Of a DNA stretch of 64,000 nucleotides, positions 1 to 12,455 are shown in pieces. This DNA is from Paraspadella gotoi (Eukaryota > Animalia > Chaetognatha): NCBI GenBank assembly GCA_051294375.1, contig CM119270.1, positions 3,669,957-3,733,956 of the forward strand, written 5' to 3'. Below the pieces are notes generated by a model. The model worked only from the letters and a program-made list of their open reading frames with translations, was not told the DNA's origin and ran no database searches. How positions within the stretch are numbered: the stretch's first letter is position 1; every line of letters begins with the position of its first letter. Both the position numbers and the translations under genes were made by a program.

Positions 1-135
1 TCCATGGATATTATTAATCCCCAATGTTTTTCTCTCTTAATTTCCTTTTCCATTTTTTTCCAAAAACAAACAAACTCATTTCTTCTTCTCCCCCAAAATT
101 TGTAATTTTTCCCTATTTCTTTATATCGTCTATTT

Positions 136-543
136 GTGACCATTTTTTTCGGAAAGCGCCCAATTTCAGGTTGAATTATAATTAATAAAAATGATTTATA
201 TTATTTTTAATATCAATAATATTTAATACATAAACACGATATGTTCTGATGTATATGTAAGTCATTATCAGGGCCAAAGTTTTTAAGTTTAAAGTTAATT
301 ACAAAGAAACAGAGTTTTTATTTATTTCTATAATTATTAATATTGATGAGTTACAATTAAGTTTAAAGATTAAGTTAGGGGTTAAAAGAATAAGGTTGTG
401 TTGGATAAGTTCAAAGTTTTGATTAAGGATTATGTTTGAGATTAAAAAAATTACTCGGTAAGAAATTTGTATTAATTTTTTGGGGTCAAATTAAGTTCAG
501 GGATGGGAAACAGAAATGGGGCCCATTAGGAAAATAGTGCCCT
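136..543. mobile_element. MITE-like element with imperfect terminal inverted repeats and TTAGG-like interior (copy 1)
   Basis: Left end gaccatttttttcggaaagcgcccaatttc (138-167) is an imperfect reverse complement of right end gaaatggggcccattaggaaaatagtgccc (513-542). The right end closely resembles 58121-58148. Confidence 0.55.
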
Positions 544-1134
544 ATTTTCTTTTCGTCTACTACATGTTTTTCTTCTCTTTTTTTCCTCATTGAATCCCTT
601 TTTTCCCTTTTTTTCCCTTTTTTTTCGTGAGTTTCATTCATTTCGTTCGATTAATTTTTCTCATCCGCGATTTAACCTTTGATCCTCGAGTAAACAAGGA
701 TTCCACTCAATTCGATTATATAACTTTTTTTGTTTTAATTGTATATGTTAATTAAAAATTAACACAGAAAAAATAATAAATAATCGTATACCCCTGGAGG
801 AATGGGTGCTGCTTAAGCGAACACAGAGAGAGAGAGAGTAGAGAGAGAGAGAGAGACGCGAGAGTAGATGAGAAGAGAGAGAGAAGAGATGAGAAGAAGA
901 GAGAGAGGAGAGAGAGAGAGAGAGATCGTAGGAATCAAATCAATGAATCGAATTCCTTCTCAAAAGGACTGAGAAAGAACCTTATTCTAATAAGACAGGA
1001 AGTTTTTCGCTTCTGGCAAAGATCTTTGATTTTTTTTCGTCTGGAGCGAAATTAGAAAATAGACGAGAGCGAATTTTTTTAACGGTGAGATGGGTAGGTT
1101 TTAGGGTGAAAGGGGGCTTCTTGTCTCTGGTCTG

Positions 1135-1182
<48 letters not shown>

Positions 1183-2384
1183 CTTCTCTCTCATCTCTCA
1201 TCTCTCTCTTCTCTCTCTGTCTCGTTCTCTCTCTCTCTCTCTCTTGTTCTCTCTCTCGTTTTTTTATTTCTCTCCTTTTTTTTTGTTAACGTAATATTTC
1301 GTCATCATCTGATTCACTGATCGTTTTGAAGTTAAATGCAAATAAACCATTAAATCATCAACATAAAAAAGTTATAATTCAAACACCATGCGTACAAATA
1401 TTTAATCATTTAAAATGCCAATCGGTTTGGTTTCCACTTTGTAGGTCAAAATTACAAATCCATCGACGTTTAATTTCTCTTCTTCGGTTTTCGTCCGCAC
1501 GAAACAAAAATCGCCTCGGGTTATTCCGATTGTTAATCGATTCCAGAGAGAGTAGGAGGGGAGAGAGAGAGAGAGAGAGAGAGGAGAGAGGAGAGAGAGA
1601 GAGGAGAGAGGGAGAGAGAGAGATAGAGAGAGGGAGGAGAGAAGAGAGAGAGAGATTGATACTTCCGTATCTCTCTCTTAGATTGATTTTATTTTAGGCT
1701 CATCATGTTTTATATTAAAACACATTTACAATCAAGCTATTAGGATCGTAAGAGAGCCGTACATAGGTATTATGTACATACAAGTATTGTAAGAGAATTA
1801 TAAAACAAATATATTAAAATTCATTAAATAATTATAACGAGGAAAAGATGTAAATTAAAAATAGAAAAATTCTATATTACAGAGATCATATTAAGTTTAA
1901 ATGATGGAACCTTTTCAAAAATTTTTTACATTCCATATCATTTTCAATGTTACCAATTAATTTTCAATAGTATTTGAAGTATCTTTAGAATAAAATTTCT
2001 CTGAATTCGACTTTTATATGCGTCTCTAGAAAGTTTAATGTTTTTTCCATTTAACTGCAATAATTTGAGACGTGTTCTTTCATCATCCAATATTGTTACA
2101 TTGTTCACGAGATTTCTTTTTAAAGATCCTTTGAAGTTTTTTCTTTCTCCACACTCAGCATACACGCGTATCTCGCTATCAAAAAGAGATCTGGTGTTTT
2201 GTTTTGGTGCATTTTAGTAGTTCCTTGCATGGTTCTCTTTTGTAGTTCAATTTGTTGAGCGTTAGCTATGACTTTGATTTAGTTGTATGAGAGAGAAGTA
2301 GAGAGGTTTCGTGGATTCGGTGGGGCCCGAGTTTAGGCCTCTCTTGATCGAAATTCTTTCTTTTTCTTATTACCTTTAAACTTA

Positions 2385-2668
2385 ATTTTAATCCTAATAA
2401 TTAACGTCTATCTGTTAACCTTAATATCCTAGTAAATCTTTAAAGTCTCTAATCCTAACACCTTCCTTTAAGCCCAATCATTAAGATTCTTAATCTCTAA
2501 TCCTTAACCCTTCTACTCTAAAACCTTAATGCTTTATATCCTAATCCTTCAACCGTAATATACTAATCTTTTTAATCTAATTCCCAAATTAGTAACACTA
2601 ATTTTTAAATCCTGAAGAATTAACACTTAAATTTGAATTTAAGACGTTCTTGGGAAAATAAGTGCCTT
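2385..2668. repeat. (CCTAAT/CCTTAA)n degenerate telomere-like microsatellite ending in a TIR-like motif of the same MITE family (duplicate at ~26705-26968)
   Basis: taatcctaa/ccttaa units followed by aagacgttcttgggaaaataagtgcc, which resembles ggggcgctctcggaaaatagtgcc at 58125-58148. No clear left TIR found. Confidence 0.5.
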
Positions 2669-3199
2669 TTTTCCTTTTTATTTTACCTTGCATCACTCTT
2701 CTATATATATATATCTTTCTCTCTTCTATACCCTATGATCGATGAATTTATTAACAAAATGTCGAAATGAGTCGGCCTGAAAATAAAAAGAATTATATTT
2801 TTGGCTTTTTTAAGGCTAAACTCTAAAACAAATAAATTTAGTATGTTTCCTCGATAAAACATTCCAAATAAAACCCTAAAATATAAAGACCGCTCGGAAA
2901 AAATTAAAAATGAACTTTACAATTCTGAACACATATGACACGCTGAACTACAATCTTCGATACTCGTAACTATCGGTTCTTTTGTCAAAGCACTGGATAA
3001 TGTATGCACAAATTTTTGATAATAATTAAATTTAAATAATAAACAAAAAACAAAAGATGAACAGAATTTAAGGAGATTTTTGTCCGATATGCATTTTCTA
3101 TCTCGCCATTTTCATAATTTAACAAATTTGAATAAAATCTTTACGGTTTTTTCGAGTTAATTTTTCTCTCTTAATGGTATTTTCTCTCATTAACACATG

Positions 3200-5900
3200 C
3201 TTATTCTATTTTATTCTATTATCTCTCTTTCTGTCCATTCATATAACTTTACACAAATTTATACAAATATATTTTCTTTAATCACATATCCGAATTTATT
3301 TATTCTCACATCTGCGTACATCGAAAAATATCATCAATATCGATCTCACAGTATTTCCTCTGTCTGCGGAAGCTTTTCACTATTTTTGTTGGTCATTTTC
3401 TTATCTGCGGAGAGAACTTCTTCAGATTCAATTTATTTTAATTTCTTTCTATCTTCATAATTAAACTGTGTTCTAAGTTATAATCTCTATTCTTCTCTCG
3501 TAAAATTTATATTAAAATCTTTTAGTAACTTCACATTACATCTCTGCAAACACTGTCTATCGATATATCATTATTTACTCTTCTGTCAACAATCCTAATA
3601 GATTTTTCAATTGCTAGTGACTCAAACACGACTTCACAATATCAAGTATCTCCGTGTGACTCGTTTCTAAACTTTCAAATTCTTATTTAAAATATCACCA
3701 ATTACTACTCTAAACGCAATAATTATCCGGAAAACTATTTTAACCAATACATCATTAAAGGAATCAAGGCTTAATCATTTTTTGTGATATTTCTCTCTCA
3801 AACAGAGTCACCTTCAAATTTCATTTCTGCGTTCTGCACATATGACTTATTCCAAAAGTAGTCAATTCTCTCTCAATATTCTGTTCGCAAAATAGTGGTT
3901 GAGTCATTATTCGGCTCTGGAGAGACGTCTCCAGCTTAAGATGTGTTCGGTGCATATTCTCGCTGCTCTCAAACCTTCAATTTCATTTCCAGTGCTCAGG
4001 GAGTCACGCAAAAAACCATGAATGAAATATTGTCTCAATACGTCTCTCAAAACCATAACCATAGTGTTGCTATAGCATACGTTTTTCTGTGTGTTCGAAT
4101 TATCTCTTCAAATTAAATGTTATAATTCTATCACTACTTATCATTTTCAATATTCTAGATTATCATATATGTATATTTTAAGTTATATATCCTGCGCGAG
4201 TCAGTCACGTAGGAAAGTGTTTTGCGAATTTCAAGTATAGTACGCCAGTAACTCACGCAACAAAAAGCCTTAACAAAGTATAATTGAACACGAATTAAAG
4301 CTACTCACACAAACAAAGAAAAGTGTGTACAAAGATAACGATACAGTCATAGGACAAGCCTTAAGGACAAGTATTATCACAAATTAAACACATATACAAC
4401 AATGACAAATAACACGATACATAATCTCATAATATTATTATAGCGTGCATGATTGCAAAAAACCAGCATTAATCCAAGTTGCTTTAAAGTATAATCGTTA
4501 TACCACAAACCAGCGTTACAGAATATTAAATACAAGATATATGAACTCACAGTTACAGAAAAGCGTGCGCACGGAAAAATTAAATTGGATTACTCAATCA
4601 GTGCGCTCAACCTTCAATTTTCAATTCTCTCTCAAACCTTTTAATTTTCAAGTCTTTCTTTTTTAAAACCTTCAATTTTCATTTCTCTCTCAAAACTTTC
4701 AATTTTTAATTCTCTCTCAACATAAATAACAAAGGTATTAGTCATATTATATATGCTTACCGTCTGAAAAATAAATAGTCAGTTATATTAAATGCAGGTA
4801 TCTAGCCAAACAATCAAGAACACTTCGAGTGGTGAAATTGTGTCGGAGTATCGCTCTTACTATTCATCTAAACCTTGCCAAGTTTTTTTTCAATTTTTTT
4901 CTCTTTTCTTTCTCTTACAGGAGCGCGACGAGTATGCATTATATGAGCATGTCAACGAAAGTCGGGTAACCAAACACTATCAAATAAAATTTATGTACAA
5001 AGAAATCTATTGCTTAGATAATTCTCAATAATGCTATCAATACTAATCTTCAATACTATACTCACTCATAGATTGAAACCTTTCAACTTAGTTCTCAACC
5101 TCTCGCTCTCTCACACTTCTCTCCGTTGAATTTTTCAGATATATTCGTACTCTCTCTAAGAACCTCTGATTACACTAATTTTTCATATTATCTGTCATTC
5201 GTTATCTTCTTCACATCAAGCCCTGTAGAGCAAAAATATAGTCTCGGACAATGAATCACTCTCATAGCGCGTCCAAACTTACTAATCGAATTAGTCATCT
5301 CTCTTCTACAAACCCTTTATACATCTTCCGCCTACTAATATGCTCTCTCAATTAACTCACTGCTCACGCTAAGATGATCTCTATGTCAAATTCACTCTCT
5401 CACTTACATATCACTCTGGTGCGGACAGATCCTCTCCAAATTCTCTCCACACTCTAGTACAACCTTCATTATCTCAACTTGCGTGGGCTACAGCGTGTGT
5501 TTCGTCAAACTTCAATCTTTCGTTCAATCCTGAACACTGGTTATCTACTCCCATGCAAAGACGTCTTACATTTTCAATTCTTCTCAAACTTCGCAGCTAA
5601 GTGCAAGTGGTTCACAATTCTCTCTTCAACCTTTAATTTTTCAATCTCTCTCTCAAACCAATTCTTCGTGTTCACAACATTTCTCCATAGCTTAAACCTT
5701 CTCCCACTGATGTTTCCTATATTACTCCTCTCAACACCTTAAACACACTTCAATTCTCTCGTCCACACACCTTCACATTTTCAATTCCTCTCTCATCTCC
5801 ACTACCAGCGAGGAGATCACTTCTCACATCCTCCTCAATATTTCTATCTCTTACTTTAATTTTTCGTTTTTTCCAAAGTATTATATACTCAACACCTTAC
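3200..5900. repeat. Very noisy tandem array, unit ~25 bp (ttttcaattctctctcaaaccttcaa-like)
   Basis: Unit is readable at 4605-4720 and 5570-5790. The remainder is degraded and looks like a low-quality raw read. Confidence 0.6.
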
Positions 5901-5949
5901 TAATCTAATAAATCAATATTCAATTACTACCTTCATCTTCCTCTTGAAA

Positions 5950-8900
5950 TTTTTTTTGGAGCCACTATCCTTTCACACAAATCAACTACCTTTTAAAAGG
6001 TGACGTACAGCCCTCCATCACTACATCTATCTGCCACACAAATTCTTTTGTGAGAAACTTCTCAGCACTCTTATGACGCATACCTGCATTTAGACTACGA
6101 TCCATGATTTAGACGCACCGGTCAAACACACTCTCAGATCTCGCTAAACGTCACAGCTATTCCTATCGAGATGCTTACTGAGATTGACAATATCACTAAC
6201 CTAAGCCGCTATTTAGAACTACCTTTATCCCATTTGAGAGCATTTTTACACGTCTATTGAGAGATTCGCCACTATGAAAATTTTACACGTGCATCTATCT
6301 CTTAAAGCCACTATTTGATTCGTGGAAGTTTTATCACCTCTCGACACGAGTAGATCTGTCGTCCTAACTTCTTATCTATGAGGGCTGCACGCGACTCGTT
6401 CTGCACTTGCGATTATGTAGCACATTATTTGTACCGTCTCTCAATTGTTATATACTCGACGCTAAATGGATGAAAACCACCTACGCGGGCATTCCTTTGT
6501 ACAATTAAAATAAAGTTTAGAGAAGATAACGAGAGAGAGAGAGAGCACGAAAGGAGCAGATGAGAGTATGAGGAAGATGAAACGAGAGTTAAACGATAAC
6601 CGGAGAGAGAGGATGTAGGACGCGAAGCGAGGAATTGGGAACTATGAGAGGCAATTGAGCAAGAGCTACAAGGACGCACCGAAGTGGAGAAATCCACCAA
6701 ACATCCTGAGTGTAGAATAAAAACCTCATTTGGAGGTCATATCTTATCCAGCTCTATCTCTTCTCCTCTTTTTCTCTCTTCTTCACTCTCGTCACCTCTC
6801 TCTTCTCCCTCTCTCTTATCTCTTTCTCTCTCTGTCGCTAATCGCTCAATACTCAATTTCCTCTCATCCTACACAGTCAGTCGATCTAATTGTTCTCTCA
6901 TCGTACTTTCCTCTTTCATTACTTCTCTTCTATCTTCCACATCAGCTCTGCCCTCTTTCTCAAATTTCTGACTCAACTCCTCAATGTGACTCGTCTCTAT
7001 CGCCGTCAGCTAAATGCGGTTTCTCAGCATTTCGGTGGTAAGTGAATAAATGAGAGGCCAGAAAGAGCAGAGAGCGAGAGAGCGAGGAGAAGAAGCAAGG
7101 AAAGAAAGAAGAGGAATGAGATAAAAGAAAGAGAAGGAGGAGAAGAGAGGGGAGAAGAGACGAGAAAGAGAGGAAGAGAGAGAGAGAGAGGAGAGAGAGA
7201 GAAGAGAGAGAGAGAGGAAGAAGGAGAAGAGGAGAAGGAGGAGAGAGAGAAGTAGAGAGAAGAAAAAGGAAAAAAGAAAAGTAAAGAAAGAAAGAAGAAA
7301 GAAAGAAAGAAGGAAAGCAGAAATAAAGAAAGGAAAGGGAAGAAAGAAGAAAAGAAGAGAGAAAGAAAGAAAGAAAGAAAGAGAAAGAAGAGAAAGAAAG
7401 AAAGACAAGTAGAGAAAGATAGGGGAGAGAAACGAAAGTGAGAAGAAGAAGAGAGAGAGAGAGAGAGAGAAAGAGAGGAGAGAGAGGAGGGAAACGCCAG
7501 AGAAAGAAGGAGAAGGAGAGAAAAGAGAGAGAGAGAAGAGAGAGAAGAGAGAGAGTCCCAGTACAATATTCTGGAGAGTAGTTGAGTTCCTAGGAAATGC
7601 GAGAATCGCTTTTCTGATCGCCTATCTTTATACCATTATAATGTTCTGGCGTTTCCGATATTAATTCTCTTCTCTAAAATTAGTCTCTATCCGGAATACT
7701 TATCACGAATTTGAAATCATTAGTCCACCACCTGACGGAGTTACCAGTCGACGTCGAGAGTGAGCAAAGACGAAGCATATTGTCGATGAGACGAGATTAT
7801 GAATACAAAGAATCACGATTTAATAACGAGTTGTATTTATAACAATGAGTTTTAGATTTGTTTACATATGACGAACTGACGCCTAAAAACAATTGATATG
7901 ATTACTGCGACGATGACGACGACCAACGTGAGAATTTCATATACGAAATCAGTAAATAAATCTTCTTGTTTTTCATAGGTCCGGTTGTTGGTACAAGTCC
8001 CTGATAAAGGGTCACAGATGAGAGTGCTATCAATAAGTCGATTTCCATCTCGTCCACGAGGACATGGTTCCCGAACGCGGAGCGACGACGATGACGACGC
8101 ATCCTATGTGTGAGTGCCAAAACGAGTGTAGAGTGACCGAGAGGTGCCAGCCGACTGTTAATGACGGCAGCAATTGTTCAATGGCAGAACTAGAATAGGA
8201 GCTATATCTCCTCTCCCACACTTTAACTATATAGTTATAGATGACCGACGCACGACGCACAGACGACGACGACGACTGAAAACACCTAAAAAAGGAAAAG
8301 AGAACCGGTTTGTTGATCGCCTTGTTGGTGTGTTGTTGTTTGTTGCTGATTGTTGTCAAGCAAAGCATATGATATCAGTAGGGTATACTACTCCGGATTA
8401 GTAAAAGGAGTAAAGGAAATTAAAATGGAGAAATGGACCTAATCATAGTCTTGAACGGTTATTGTAAGTAGTGGATGAGAAAAGGGTAGGGATGGAGGTA
8501 GAGGTGAGATGGAGGTGGGAGATGGAGGTGGAGGATGGAGGTGGGGTGGAGATGAGGTGGAGGTGGAGATGGATGTGGAGGTGGTAGGTGGTATTGGATG
8601 GATTCAGGAGGTGTGAGGTAGGAGATGGGAAGTGGAGGGTGGAGGTCAGATGGAGGTGGGACGGTGGACCGGTGGAGGGGTGGGAGGACTGGAGGTGGAA
8701 AAGAGTGGAGATGGCGCGAGGTGCGGGGTGTGACGAGGGTCTATGAAGGAGTGGTAGATTGGAGAGGTGTGAGGGTGGAGATTGGAGGTGAGGTCTATGG
8801 AGGTGGACGATGGAGTGGAGGTGGAGATGGAGGTGGAGGTGGAGATGAGAGGGGGTGGAGATGGAGGTGGAGGTGAGATGGAGATGGAGGTGGATGGGAA

Positions 8901-11900
8901 GGTGGAGGTGGAGATGGAGATGGAGGGTAGGGAAAATGGAGGTGGGAGGATGGAGGTGGAGGTCGGAGATGGAGATTGGCATGTGTGGTGAGATGGAGAA
9001 GGCAGGTGGGGAGTGGATGGTGGAGAGTGGTAGGTTCGAGGTTGAGGTGTCGGAGATGGGACGGTGGAGAGAGTTCGCACGCTGAGCGCGTGGAGATGGA
9101 GGTGGAGTGCTGGAGAGTCGAGGGTGGAGGCGAGAGGATGAGTCTGGGAGTGGAGATGGATGGCTCGGAGTGGAGAGAGAGGAAGGTGGAGATCTCGTGG
9201 AGGGTGGAAGCATCGGAGATGGGTGGTGAGATGAGGGTGGAGGTGGAGATGGAGGGTGGAGATGGAGGTGGAGGTGAGATGGAGAGGAGTGGAGATGGAG
9301 GTGGAGGTGGAGGTGGAGATGGAGTGAGATGGAGGTGGAGATGAGTGGAGATGGAGGTGAGGTGGAAGTGGAGATGGAGATGGAGGTGGAGATGGAGGTG
9401 GAGATGAGATGGAGGTGGAGTGGAGATGGAGGTGGAGTGAGATGGAGGTGGAGATGGAGATGGAGGTGGGATGGAGATGGAGGGGAGATGGAGGTGGAGG
9501 TGGAGATGGAGGTGGAGGTGGAGGGGGTGGGATGGAGTGGAGATGGAGTGGAGGGGAGATGGAGGTGGGAGATGGAGGTGGAGTTGGAGGTGGAGATGGG
9601 AGGTGGAAGATGGAGGTGGAGTGAGGCTGGAGATGGAGGTGGAAGGTGGAGATGGAGATGGAGGTGGAGATGGAGATGGAGGTGGGATGGAGAAGGAAGG
9701 TGGAGGTGTAGATGGGGGTGGAGATGGAGGTGGAGGTGGAGATGGAGATGGAGTGGATGGAGAGGTGGAGGTGGATGGTGGGAGATGGGGTGGGGTGGAG
9801 GGAGATGGAGGTGGAGGTGGAGATGGAGATGGAGTGGGATGGAGGTGGAGGTGGAGTGGAGGGGGTGGAGGATGGGGTGGAGTGGAGATGGAGATGGGGT
9901 GGAGGTGGAGATGGGAATAGGAGGTGGGAGATGGGGTGGAGTGGAGGTGGAGGTTGGAAGATGGAGGTTCACACGGTGTTGGTGGATAATGAGAAGGTGA
10001 GAGATGAGGTAGGAAGTAGCGCAATGAGAGACTATGGAGGTGTGAGAGTTGGAGATGGAGATGGAGGTGGAGATGGAGGTGGAAGGTGGAATAGGCGAGT
10101 ATGGAGGTGGAGATGGAGGTGGAGATGGGAGGTGAGACCGTATGGAACGGATGGAGGTGGAGATGGAGATGGAGGTGGAGGACTTGGATGGTGGGTGGAG
10201 AGATAGGAGGGGAGATGGGTAGATGTGAGGGTGGAGATGGCTAGGTGGTGAGAGATTGGGATAATCCGGGAGGGGAGGTTGGAGGTGGAAGATGGAGGTT
10301 GGAGGTGTTGTTATTTTTGGTAGGTTAAGGAGATAGGAGGTTGGAGATAGAGAGTGAAAGTAATTGGATATGGGAATATGGAGGTGGAGATTAGGGTGAT
10401 AGAGATGGAGTGGATTGTGATAACATGAGAGGATGGGAGATTGGAGACGATGATGAGTGGAGTAGGTATGGATGATGGAGGTGAGGAGGTGGAGATGGAG
10501 GGGGAGTGAGAGAATTTATTTGAGGTGGGAAGGGTGAGTATATGAATTGGAGCGAATTGGTACGTGCAATAGATGCAGTTGAGAAGTGAGAATTAGGGAG
10601 GTGGCAGTGTATGATATTGGATTGGTCGGAATGTGCCTTGATGAGTATACAATTGTGGAATTTGGTGAGAGAGGTGGAGATGAGTGAAGGTGGAGATGGG
10701 AGGGGGTATGTTGATGAGTGGAGTGTGAGAGAAAGTAGTATGCCACACAGACGGAGATGGAGCATTGAGGTGGAGTAAGAATTTACGGGGCTAGGATAGT
10801 GCACAGAATTGAGTAGATTGGAGATGTGAGCGATGGAGATGGAGGTGGAGATGGAGTGGAGGTGGATGATCAGGTGGAATGGCTGATTGAGGTTCAATGG
10901 TAAGGGTGGATAATGGAAGATGAGAGGAGTGGAGGTGGAGATGGAGGTGGAAGGTGGAGATGGAGAGGAGTGTGGCTAGTATTAAGGAAGGCGCTGATGG
11001 AATGTTAACGAAGATATGGAGGCTATTGAGAGTAATAGGATAAGTTGAGAGGGAATGAGAATTCAAGGAAGAGTTTTTGTGATTGTATAGAGAGATTCGT
11101 GGAGATAGAAAAAGAGATGGTGGAGGTGGAGGTGAGATGGGAGGGTGAGAGACGTGGAGATGGAGGTGGAAGATGGAGATGGATGGTGGAGATATGGATG
11201 GTGGCAAAATTGTTGGAAAAGCGATTTGTATAAGTAGGAAGGTGTGAGATGGGAGTGGAGAAGAAAGGGGCTTGGAAGTAATTCGTATGTAGATTAGATG
11301 GATGATGTTTCGAGATACGAGAAGGTAGAAGGAGGTGAGATATAAGAAGATGGAAGATGGAAATCTATTTTGGAAGGAGGGCTGGAGATGGAGGTGGAGG
11401 TGGGCGTATGGAGATGCGAGATGTGAGGTGGAGTATGGAGGAAATGGAAGGATTGTGGAGAGTAGGAGAGGGTGAAGAGATGGAGGTTGCGAAGAATGGA
11501 TGGAAATGGAAGGTCGCGAAGGTTGGATAGGAGTGGAGGTGGAAGTTGGAGGTGGAGTGGAACATTTTTTTTGGGACACTGTGTTTCATTTTAGTGTGGG
11601 TATATAGTTAAGGTATAGGAAATGTGTTTCTTTTATATTCTTTTAGGAGTTATGCAAAGGAGGAAAAAAAAAGACGGAAGAGTATAGCAAGGAAAGAACA
11701 ATAGACACGAAAAAGTGGAGAAAAGAAAAGGAAAAAGAAAAAGTAAAAGCAAAAACACGATAGAAGAAGAAAGATAGCAGAAACATGAAAAGAAAAGACA
11801 AAATCATATGGACACACGAAATTTAAAAATTTCTGATGGTTTTGTTCTTAGTACTGTTACGGATGTAACGGTTAACAGAGAAAGGGGGGAATTGGAAAAA

Positions 11901-12412
11901 CGAGGCAGGGAGAGAGAGAGAAGAGAGTAGTACAGAGAGAGAGAGAGAGAGAGAAGAGAGAGAGGTGTGGACAAAAGAGAGCGAAAGCTAGAGAGAGAGA
12001 CGACAACCCCTACATGGCCCCCTTTAAACTCCTACACAGGACTTCTTGTTCGTCTCCTGCTCTTTCGACTGATCATAATCATCTACAACAACAACGACAC
12101 AACAACGTACAGAACCTTGAAATCTCGGCGTGAAAAGCGAAGGGTTTTTCTCCTTTCTCGGACGTGAGGCAGACTGAGGGTACTTACCTCAAAGCTCGAC
12201 GCGACTAATGACAACTGGGAGTCGTTAAGAAGAAGAAGGAGAAGAAGCAATAGAAGAAGAAGAAGAAGAAGAAGTAACGAAGCCAGAAGAAGACGAGGGA
12301 AACCACGAATACGAGAGAACGTGGAAGAGATGGCAGAATAGCTGCAGGGAGGAAGGGAGGGAGAAGAGGAGAGGAGGAGAAAGGAAAGGGATGAGAGGCA
12401 CGAGAGAGAGGA

Positions 12413-12455
<43 letters not shown>

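Larger units (their letters stand above)
1..3190. repeat. Block A, copy 1 of a large direct duplication (copy 2 at ~24196-27440; partial copy 3 at ~14280-14700)
   Basis: Same sequence starts at 1 (tccatggatatt) and 24196. The ORF track gives identical peptides at 1950-2165 and 26270-26485 (offset 24320). Flanks differ by scattered 1-2 nt indels. Confidence 0.95.

Noticed and set aside
2385-2640. True telomere or chromosome-fusion site
   Set aside because: Short, degenerate, internal, and adjacent to a dispersed-repeat terminus.
8443-10206. Long ORFs (509 aa His-Leu/Ser-Thr, 409 aa Pro-rich extensin-like, Glu-Val-Met and Trp-Arg on plus)
   Set aside because: All frames are open because the (TGGAGR)n hexamer lacks stops. 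The peptide pattern switches frame randomly, and the tract is absent from homologous copies.
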